Positions 27,676 through 34,735 of a stretch of 64,000 nt of DNA are shown in pieces. The DNA is from Bacteroidales bacterium (GTDB lineage: Bacteria > Bacteroidota > Bacteroidia > Bacteroidales > UBA932). The translations under genes were made by a program, and so were the position numbers. The stretch is from NCBI GenBank assembly GCA_017616655.1, contig JAFZXU010000058.1:9088-73087 (forward strand). Reading direction: 5' to 3'. Below the pieces are notes generated by a model that was not told the origin of the DNA, made no database searches, and saw only the letters and a list, made by a program, of their open reading frames with translations. Position 1 is the first letter of the stretch, and every line of letters starts with the position of its first letter.

Positions 27676-28190
27676 ATCGCGTGTTCTTTTAAATAATCTT
27701 TTATCTTTTCCACTGCATAGTGGTAATTTGTCCGAAGCGAGTTTTCACTTTTCCCGGTTATCTCTGCAATCTGGCTGTAAGGCAACTCGTCGTAATAACG
27801 CAGATTGAAAGCAATGCGCTGCTGGGTACTGAGTTGCATTATGGCCTGCTGGAACAGGATTGACGACTTGTCCGCATCGGGGGCGCTTTCCGTTGCCACC
27901 TGGAGCGCCAGTTCGCTGCCGAGAGAATCAAGACTCTGAAACATATGCGCTCTCCGGCGAAGAAGTTGCAGAGCCTCGTTTGTCGCAATCCTGTAACACC
28001 ACGCCTCCAGGCTCGACTCGTCACCTTTGAATGAATCAGCTTTGGTGAAAACCTTGATGAATGTCTCCTGAAGTGCGTCCTCAGCATCGGCGTGGCTTAC
28101 CACAAGACGACGGATATGCCAATAGAGACGCTTTCCGTAGCTGTCTGCGGCCTTGTGCAATATCGTATTCGCGTCGTGTTTCATTATCAT
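27672..28190 (-). CDS. ECF (sigma-70 family) RNA polymerase sigma factor
   Basis: Only the last 172 aa of the 554-aa track ORF are sigma-like (MIMKHDANT...). Region 2 AEDALQETFIKVF. Region 4 HTH LPYSQIAEITGKSENSLRTNYHYAVEKIK. Confidence 0.88.
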   Translation of the reverse strand: MIMKHDANTILHKAADSYGKRLYWHIRRLVVSHADAEDALQETFIKVFTKADSFKGDESSLEAWCYRIATNEALQLLRRRAHMFQSLDSLGSELALQVATESAPDADKSSILFQQAIMQLSTQQRIAFNLRYYDELPYSQIAEITGKSENSLRTNYHYAVEKIKDYLKEHAI

Positions 28191-28265
28191 TGAGTTACAT
28201 TTATTAGATGTCCCAAAGTGCCTATTGTTAAAAACTGACCGGAAAATAAGTAACTTTGCATCGTT

Positions 28266-29273
28266 ATGGCAGACAGCAATTTCATAGACTACGTCAAGAT
28301 CTATTGCAAGTCCGGAAAGGGCGGCAACGGCTCGATGCACCTGCACAGGGCCAAGTATGTGGCCAAAGGCGGACCCGACGGCGGCGACGGAGGTCGCGGA
28401 GGACATATCATCCTGCGAGGCAACAAGCAGATGTGGACCCTCATTCACCTCAAGTACCGCAAGCACATCAAGGCCGAGGACGGCGGCGACGGCAGCGGAC
28501 AGCTCAAGACAGGCAAGGAAGGGGCCGATATCGTCCTGGAAGTGCCTCTTGGAACCGTGGCCAAGAATGCAGAGACCGGCGAAACCATCTTCGAGATAAT
28601 CAACGACGGAGAGGAGAAGATCCTTGTTCGCGGCGGACGCGGCGGCCTGGGCAACGACCACTTCAAGAGCGCCACGAACCAGACGCCCCGCTACGCCCAG
28701 CCCGGCGAGGAGGGGGTCGAAGGATGGTATATACTTGAGCTCAAGGTGCTTGCAGACGTTGGCCTGGTAGGCTTCCCCAACGCCGGAAAGTCCATCCTGC
28801 TTTCGGTAGTCTCCGCTGCCAAGCCCAAGATAGCCAACTACGCCTTCACCACCCTCGAGCCGAATCTCGGCATAGTCAACTACTACGACAACAAGTCCTT
28901 CGTGATGGCCGACATCCCCGGAATCATAGAGGGCGCTCACGAAGGCAAGGGACTGGGACTCAGGTTCCTGCGCCATATCGAGCGCAATGCGATGCTGCTC
29001 TTCATGATTCCTGCCGACAGCAAGGACATCACCGCGGAATACAAGATTCTGCTGAAGGAGCTGAAACAGTACAATCCCGAGCTTCTCGACAAGAAGCGGG
29101 TGATTGCCGTCACCAAGTCGGATATGCTGGATGAGGAACTCAAGAAGGAGATCCGAAGGCACATGCCCCGCAAAGTACCCTATCTTTTCATTTGCTCTCT
29201 GACTGGAGAGGGCATACCGGAGCTGAAGGACCTGCTCTGGAAAACCCTCAACGACGATGGAGAGGATTCTTGA
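28266..29273 (+). CDS. obg: GTPase Obg/CgtA
   Basis: Glycine-rich Obg fold [15 protein letters not shown] motifs [29 protein letters not shown] box at 28251..28258. Confidence 0.95.
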   Translation: MADSNFIDYVKIYCKSGKGGNGSMHLHRAKYVAKGGPDGGDGGRGGHIILRGNKQMWTLIHLKYRKHIKAEDGGDGSGQLKTGKEGADIVLEVPLGTVAKNAETGETIFEIINDGEEKILVRGGRGGLGNDHFKSATNQTPRYAQPGEEGVEGWYILELKVLADVGLVGFPNAGKSILLSVVSAAKPKIANYAFTTLEPNLGIVNYYDNKSFVMADIPGIIEGAHEGKGLGLRFLRHIERNAMLLFMIPADSKDITAEYKILLKELKQYNPELLDKKRVIAVTKSDMLDEELKKEIRRHMPRKVPYLFICSLTGEGIPELKDLLWKTLNDDGEDS

Positions 29274-30903
29274 ACTTGACAGGTCGCTTACCCTTGCCCT
29301 GAACGGGTGGAACTGCCCTGCCGCCGATGCGGTCATGGTCTTCGTCTCACGCGTCTGGGTGTGGGTGCCTTTCTACATCTTCGTGATTATCTGGCTTTTC
29401 TGCCGGAAGAACTGGCGCTATGCCGCCATCTGGGTGGCTGTTTTCCTGCTCGGAGTGCTGCTCAGCGACAGGCTGAGTTTTTACCTGAAGGAGGCTATCG
29501 GCCGCCTGCGGCCTTTCGCTGATCCGCTTATCGGCGGATCGATACGGCTTCTCGAAGAGCCCGGAAGCCATCCCCTCGGCTTCCCCTCCGGCCACGCCTG
29601 CAACACTTTCTGCTTCGCCCTGCTCTCATCTGTGGCAGTCAGGCGCAGATGGTGGACGCCCCTCATCTTCTGCTGGGCCGCCCTCCTCTCCTACAGCCGC
29701 ATCTACGTGGGCAAACACTTTCTCGGCGACGTCCTCGCCGGCGCATTGCTCGGCCTCACCATAGCAGGAGTAATATTATTTATTAGAGACATCATAAGGC
29801 GGAGACGCTGTCCGTCCGAAAAAGTGTGCGTCCCCGGCACACGGGGAGGGGCCCATAAGCGAAGCGCAATGGGAGGGCCTTTTTCGGATGGACAGCGCGG
29901 AGCCAATGATGTCGCTCCAGAATCAATGCTCTGCATAATAGATAATACCACCGACCCTTATTGGAACCTGGCGGCAGAAGAGTGGCTGCTGACGCACCAC
30001 GAAGAGCCCGTTTTCCGCCTCTGGCGCAACGACAACGCCGTCATCGTCGGCCGCAACCAGAACGCCCGCGCCGAAATCGACACCGACTTCGTACGGGAGC
30101 ACGACATTGCTGTCGTACGCAGGCTCACCGGCGGCGGCGCCGTCTTCCACGACCTGGGCAACGTAAACTATACCTTCATCGAACGCGCCGTTCCCGGCGA
30201 GGATAGCGGAGCGATGTTCCGCCGCTTCACCGCACCGGTAATCGAGGCGCTTCGGAGTCTCGGCGTCGACGCACGCCTGGAGGGACGCAACGACCTGCTC
30301 ATCGGCGACGCCAAATTCTCCGGCAACGCGATGTGCATCCACAATGGACGCGTCCTGCAGCACGGCACCCTGCTCTTCAGCTCCAAGATGACAGACATCG
30401 CAGGCGCCCTCATCCCGCGTCAGGAAAAATACGAAGGCCGAGGAGTCAAATCGGTCCGCAGCCGTGTCACCAACATCTCCCAGCACCTGAGCGAGCCGAT
30501 GACGGTGGAGCAGTTCATCGCCTTCCTGGCGGAGCGAATCGGCAACGACCTCATCCCCTACTCCTACACCGAAGCCGACCTGGCGGGCATCTCCCGGCTC
30601 GCCGAAGAAAAATACCGCACCGACGCCTGGAACTACGGCGCCTCCCCCGCCAGCACCTTCCACAAGGCTCTCAAATTCCCCGCCGGGCTCATCGAAGCCT
30701 ACATGGAAATCCGCGGCGGCAAGATCGAAAGCCTCGACATCCGCGGCGACTACTTCTTCACCGCCCCCACCGCAGAATTCTGCGAGGCGATGAAGGGCTG
30801 CCCCCACACGGAGCAAAAAATAGCCGGCCGCCTGCAAGAGCTGGCGACCGGTGAATACTTCTGCGGAATAAGCCCCGAAGAGCTTCTGCAGCTATTTTTC
30901 TGA
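29257..30903 (+). CDS. single uninterrupted ORF joining a PAP2 lipid phosphatase (aa 1 to ~180) to lipoate-protein ligase A (aa 224-548)
   Basis: PAP2 motifs [26 protein letters not shown]. The LplA part starts at the in-frame ATG 29926 ([43 protein letters not shown]). There is no in-frame stop between the halves. Confidence 0.7.
   Translation: MERILELDRSLTLALNGWNCPAADAVMVFVSRVWVWVPFYIFVIIWLFCRKNWRYAAIWVAVFLLGVLLSDRLSFYLKEAIGRLRPFADPLIGGSIRLLEEPGSHPLGFPSGHACNTFCFALLSSVAVRRRWWTPLIFCWAALLSYSRIYVGKHFLGDVLAGALLGLTIAGVILFIRDIIRRRRCPSEKVCVPGTRGGAHKRSAMGGPFSDGQRGANDVAPESMLCIIDNTTDPYWNLAAEEWLLTHHEEPVFRLWRNDNAVIVGRNQNARAEIDTDFVREHDIAVVRRLTGGGAVFHDLGNVNYTFIERAVPGEDSGAMFRRFTAPVIEALRSLGVDARLEGRNDLLIGDAKFSGNAMCIHNGRVLQHGTLLFSSKMTDIAGALIPRQEKYEGRGVKSVRSRVTNISQHLSEPMTVEQFIAFLAERIGNDLIPYSYTEADLAGISRLAEEKYRTDAWNYGASPASTFHKALKFPAGLIEAYMEIRGGKIESLDIRGDYFFTAPTAEFCEAMKGCPHTEQKIAGRLQELATGEYFCGISPEELLQLFF
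29806..29897. repeat. 92-nt palindromic element (19-bp stem, one G.U) inside the PAP2-LplA linker
   Basis: cgctgtccgtccgaaaaag (29806..29824) pairs with ctttttcggatggacagcg (29879..29897). The 54-nt interior contains a further stem, tgtgc/gcaca. Confidence 0.75.
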
Positions 30904-30916
30904 AATCAGCGGAGGA

Positions 30917-31210
30917 TTATCTAAACCTTTTCTCCTTTGCCTGCACAAGCATATCCTTGAGAACGCCTGCGCAATCTGTAATTGCAGCCTCGAAGGTGTC
31001 TGCGTGACGGTCCACTACGATGTCCTCCTGACCGGGAATCACAACACGTACCTTTACGTTCTTGTTCTGGGGGTCGGGAAGAAGATTGAGGTTTACTTCC
31101 ATTCTCTCCATTTCATCGTAGAACTTCTCGAGCTTTGCGAGTTTCTTGTCTACGAATGCGAGGAGCTTCTGATCGGCGTCGAACTTGATCGACTGAACTT
31201 TGATTTCCAT
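30917..31210 (-). CDS. hpf: ribosome hibernation promoting factor / RaiA family (short form)
   Basis: 97 aa. MEIKVQSIKFDADQKLLAFVDKKLAKLEKF... is a typical S30AE-family N-terminus. Conserved position after xerC in Bacteroidota. Confidence 0.85.
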   Translation of the reverse strand: MEIKVQSIKFDADQKLLAFVDKKLAKLEKFYDEMERMEVNLNLLPDPQNKNVKVRVVIPGQEDIVVDRHADTFEAAITDCAGVLKDMLVQAKEKRFR

Positions 31211-31213
31211 AAC

Positions 31214-32173
31214 TTACCTCCTGTTTTTAGCTCTTGGATGAGCGGTTAAATATGTGTCTTTCAACTTTTCAAATGAGTTGTGCGTGTAAATCTGGGTCGC
31301 TGCCAGGGAGGAGTGCCCCAGAATCTCCTTTATGCTGTTGAGATCGGCGCCCCGGTTCAACAGATGGGTCGCGAGGGAGTGACGCAGCGCGTGAGGCGCC
31401 TTTTTCCCGGTGAATCCCCCGACTCCCGAAAGCTCGCTTTTGACTACGATATTGACAAAGGCGGGATAGAGCGGCCGCCCCGCGGGAGTCAGGAAGAAGT
31501 AACCCTCAGGATTGTCGGGATACTGCCTCGCATTTCTCTCCAAATATAACAATAATTCGTCACATATCAAAGCGGGAATCGGGATTTCGCGCAATTTGTC
31601 TCCCTTTCCGGTGACCCGCAATACGCAGCGTTTCGCATCGAAGTTGCTCTCTTTCAGGGAGCAGAGCTCCGCGCGCCGAAGTCCTGCCGAGTAGAGCAGC
31701 AGAAGCATCGTGCGGTTGCGGAGTTTCATGAAATCCTCCGGATCCTGACGACAGACTTCAAGCGACCGGTCAAAGTAGTTGGAGAGCGACTGTTCGGTAT
31801 AGAACTGGGGCAGTTTCTTCTCCTGCTTGGGCCGCGGCACCTTAGAGACCGGATTGGAGGAAATGAGATCCCGCGCCATCAGGAACCTGCAGTAGGTGCT
31901 GAGCGCCGAAAGATGCATATTCATGGTGCGCGCGGATTTGCCGCTATCCAGTCCGTAGGCTATGTAACCCCTGATCAGCTGGGGCGTGAGAGCCTCCAGC
32001 GCCTCCTTGTCCGTGACGGAATCCAATTGGAAGCCTTCATTTCCGTCGGCCTGCGCAAAGCGGTAGAACTCCTCCACGGCGTCGCCGTAATTGGCAAGCG
32101 TCCTGGGCGAAGAACGCTTCTCCACCTTAATGTATCTCAGGAAATCCTCAAGAAGTTCCATAGGAAGCGGCAT
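31214..32173 (-). CDS. xerC: tyrosine site-specific recombinase XerC/XerD
   Basis: SAM-like N-domain (LEDFLRYIKVEKRSSPRTLANY). Catalytic residues in ...LRRAEL..., HALRHSLATHLL, GHSSLAATQIYTH. Confidence 0.85.
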   Translation of the reverse strand: MPLPMELLEDFLRYIKVEKRSSPRTLANYGDAVEEFYRFAQADGNEGFQLDSVTDKEALEALTPQLIRGYIAYGLDSGKSARTMNMHLSALSTYCRFLMARDLISSNPVSKVPRPKQEKKLPQFYTEQSLSNYFDRSLEVCRQDPEDFMKLRNRTMLLLLYSAGLRRAELCSLKESNFDAKRCVLRVTGKGDKLREIPIPALICDELLLYLERNARQYPDNPEGYFFLTPAGRPLYPAFVNIVVKSELSGVGGFTGKKAPHALRHSLATHLLNRGADLNSIKEILGHSSLAATQIYTHNSFEKLKDTYLTAHPRAKNRR

Positions 32174-32937
32174 CAGACGACTATGACCTTGACTCCGAGC
32201 TCCTCGATGCGCCGTTTGTTTTCAAGCGAGATGCCGCTGTCGGTGACAATCACGTCCACTTCGTCAATCTTGCAGATGCGGCTGAAGCCCTTGAATCCTA
32301 TCTTGGAGGAATCGGCAAGCACTATCGCCATATCGGAAACCGCTATCATCTCGCGGGTGAGCTCGGCCTCTTCCATCGCAAGGCAGGTGATGCCAGCCTC
32401 CGGATCGACTCCGTCCGCGCCGAAGAAGATCTTGGAGCAATGCAGCTGACGGAGTTTTGTGATGGCCTCTATTCCCGTGACGCACATCGAGTTGCCGTAG
32501 AGTATACCGCCGAGCTGCATGACGGTTATGCCAGCAACGTCGCCCAGCAGCATCGAGACGTTTACGGCCGGAGTCACTACGTTGAGCCGCCCCTTCGGGC
32601 TGAGATTCTCTGCAAAGACAGCCATCGTGGAACCCGAGGAGATGATGATGGATTCGTTCTCCCCCACCAGCGAGACGGCCTTCTGGGCGATCCTGCGCTT
32701 TTCGGCGAAGTGGTGCAGACGCTTGGTATTGAGGTTGATGTCGAGCACCGGCGCCGAGCTGGTAAGGGCGCTTCCGTATGCGCGGTGAAGGGCGCCGCGG
32801 CTCTCGAGGATATTGAGATCCTTGCGTATGGTCGTGGGAGTCACCCCCAGCGCCTCGGCCAGCTCCGCCACCTTGACAAACCCCTTCTGGCTGATATTGT
32901 CAAGGATATACTTGTGTCTTTCGGCTATGCTTGTCAT
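32173..32937 (-). CDS. DeoR/GlpR-family transcriptional regulator
   Basis: N-terminal HTH VKVAELAEALGVTPTTIRKDLNILESRG and a DeoR C-terminal sugar-phosphate sensor domain. 1-nt overlap with the xerC start (TGATG). Confidence 0.9.
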   Translation of the reverse strand: MTSIAERHKYILDNISQKGFVKVAELAEALGVTPTTIRKDLNILESRGALHRAYGSALTSSAPVLDINLNTKRLHHFAEKRRIAQKAVSLVGENESIIISSGSTMAVFAENLSPKGRLNVVTPAVNVSMLLGDVAGITVMQLGGILYGNSMCVTGIEAITKLRQLHCSKIFFGADGVDPEAGITCLAMEEAELTREMIAVSDMAIVLADSSKIGFKGFSRICKIDEVDVIVTDSGISLENKRRIEELGVKVIVV

Positions 32938-33065
32938 AACGATTACAAATATACAAAAAGAAGGGGATTATTTCAAGAAGATGGCCTTAACGGCCTGCCC
33001 GGCCCAGGAATCAGGAACATATCCTCATCTTTTTTTCCTATCTTTACACAATCAACCAAAAAGAA

Positions 33066-33686
33066 ATGGATATGGCTGAAAGCATCACGGTTCCGTATGT
33101 CTCCGGTTTTGGCGGATTGCAGAGATTCAACAGATTTGCCATCGATTGCGTCCCCTGGCCTGACGCATTTCCCTACAAGCCGGAAGTGGAGGTGGCGATA
33201 GCGCACAGCGATAGGAGCCTGCTCGTCAGGTTCGACGTGGAGGAAGAGGGATGCAGGGCGGTCTGCACCGAGCCCAACGGCCCCGTCTGGGAAGACAGCT
33301 GCGTGGAATTTTTCGTCAAAAAGCCCCATAGCCGCTACTACTTCAACTTCGAAACCAGCTGCATAGGCGTAGGACTGGCCGGCAAGCGCAGGTCCCGCTC
33401 CGACTTCCGCCACTTCACCCCGGAGGAGATGGCACAGATTAAGAGGCGCGCCGCACTCCCCTGCAAGCCCTTCGAAGCCAAGGAATCGACCAAATGGAGC
33501 GTAGAACTCGAGATTCCATTCGCCACCCTCGGCTGCACCGGCAAACCCGCAGAACTGCGTGCCAACTTCTACAAATGCGGCGACAGGACCCTCAGGCCCC
33601 ACTACCTGAGCTGGTCGCCCGTCCTTACCCCCTCACCCGACTTTCACAGACCCGAATATTTCGGCAAACTCAAACTGATATGGTAA
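33066..33686 (+). CDS. carbohydrate-binding family 9-like protein (no signal peptide)
   Basis: ...VWEDSCVEFFV...NFYKCGDRTLRPHYLSWSPV..PDFHRPEYFG..., as in CBM9-like proteins of Bacteroidota. Confidence 0.6.
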   Translation: MDMAESITVPYVSGFGGLQRFNRFAIDCVPWPDAFPYKPEVEVAIAHSDRSLLVRFDVEEEGCRAVCTEPNGPVWEDSCVEFFVKKPHSRYYFNFETSCIGVGLAGKRRSRSDFRHFTPEEMAQIKRRAALPCKPFEAKESTKWSVELEIPFATLGCTGKPAELRANFYKCGDRTLRPHYLSWSPVLTPSPDFHRPEYFGKLKLIW

Positions 33687-34735
33687 CAGACCTCTATTCA
33701 ATAGCCAGCCGCTTCGACCTCGAAGGCAAGGCGACCGACATCCGCCCCCTGGGCGAAGGCTTCATCAACGACACCTACCTCGTATGCGTCGAGGGACGCA
33801 GGGAGCCGGACTACATACTTCAGCGCAAGAACCATCTGGTATTCCCCGACGTCCCCGCAATGATGGACAACATCGAGAGGGTCACCCGCCATATCAAGGC
33901 GAAGGTCGCCGACCCGCTTCGCGAGACACTCACCGTTATCCTCACGAAGGACGGCGCTCTATGCTACAAAGATGAAAACGGAAACTTCTGGGCCGTTTGT
34001 CTCTATATCAAGGGTTCCAAGAGCTACGACAGCGCCGACACCCCGGAGATGGCCTGGCAGGGAGGCGCCGGACTGGGCGAATTCCACCGCCTGGTGAGCG
34101 ACTTCGACGAGCCGCTGGCGGAGGTCATCAAGGGATTCCACAACATCCGCTTCCGCTTCGGCCAGTGGGACGAGGCGCTCAGGCGCGACGCCGCCGGAAG
34201 GGTTGCATCCCTCAGTGAGGAGATCGGCTGGATAGAGTCGCGCCGCGAGAAGATGCTCGACTTCTGGAAGAAGGTCGAAAGCGGCGAAATCCCCACCCGC
34301 GTAACCCATAACGACACCAAGATCAGCAATTTCCTCTTCGACGCCGAAGACGGCCACCTGCTCTGCGCCATCGACCTGGACACCATGATGTCCTCCACCC
34401 TGCTCAACGACATAGGCGACGCACTGCGCTCCTACACCAACACCGGAGCCGAGGACGATCCCGACCTATCGAAGGTTTCGATGAGCCCCGAGATGTACAA
34501 GGCCTACATCGGCGGCTACTTATCGAAAATGGAGCCGTACCTGACCCCCATCGAGAAGGAATACCTGGGATTCAGCGGCATCTACATCACCTACGAGCAG
34601 GTGCTGCGCTTTTTGATGGACTACATCGACGGCGACACCTACTACAAAATAAAGTACCCGGAGCACAACCTGGTGCGCACCCGGGCACAATACAAACTCC
34701 TCACAAGCATGGAGGAGTATCTCAGCAAAGCTTAA
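33680..34735 (+). CDS. APH-fold sugar anomeric kinase (NahK/AmgK-like phosphotransferase)
   Basis: The real start is the ATG at 33680 (MVTDLYSIASRF...). GEGFINDTY nucleotide loop, catalytic HNDTKISNFLFD, and IDLDT. Confidence 0.7.
   Translation: MVTDLYSIASRFDLEGKATDIRPLGEGFINDTYLVCVEGRREPDYILQRKNHLVFPDVPAMMDNIERVTRHIKAKVADPLRETLTVILTKDGALCYKDENGNFWAVCLYIKGSKSYDSADTPEMAWQGGAGLGEFHRLVSDFDEPLAEVIKGFHNIRFRFGQWDEALRRDAAGRVASLSEEIGWIESRREKMLDFWKKVESGEIPTRVTHNDTKISNFLFDAEDGHLLCAIDLDTMMSSTLLNDIGDALRSYTNTGAEDDPDLSKVSMSPEMYKAYIGGYLSKMEPYLTPIEKEYLGFSGIYITYEQVLRFLMDYIDGDTYYKIKYPEHNLVRTRAQYKLLTSMEEYLSKA

Noticed and set aside
28191-29336. N-terminal 382 aa of the 554-aa minus ORF that ends in the ECF sigma factor.
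   Set aside because: This part is antisense to obg and has no sigma-like sequence. The sigma factor begins at MIMKHD (28190), directly downstream of an intergenic region with promoter-like features. The same reasoning applies to the long upstream extensions of nqrA (to 6313), nqrC (to 3901), rfbC (to 16774), rfbD (to 15978), lolA (to 11938), the kinase (from 33494) and the RRM protein (to 58402).
29806-29897. The 92-nt palindrome as SRP (4.5S) RNA, a ribozyme or a simple intrinsic terminator.
   Set aside because: It lacks the conserved SRP domain IV motif (GGAAGCAGC-like) and hammerhead-type cores. No T-run follows the long stem on the plus strand. It is kept as an unexplained palindromic element instead.
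31214-32173. Tyrosine recombinase as a marker of an integrated mobile element.
   Set aside because: It has the XerC/XerD-type N-domain and sits in the conserved xerC-hpf housekeeping arrangement. There are no flanking repeats, excisionase, transfer genes or phage genes.
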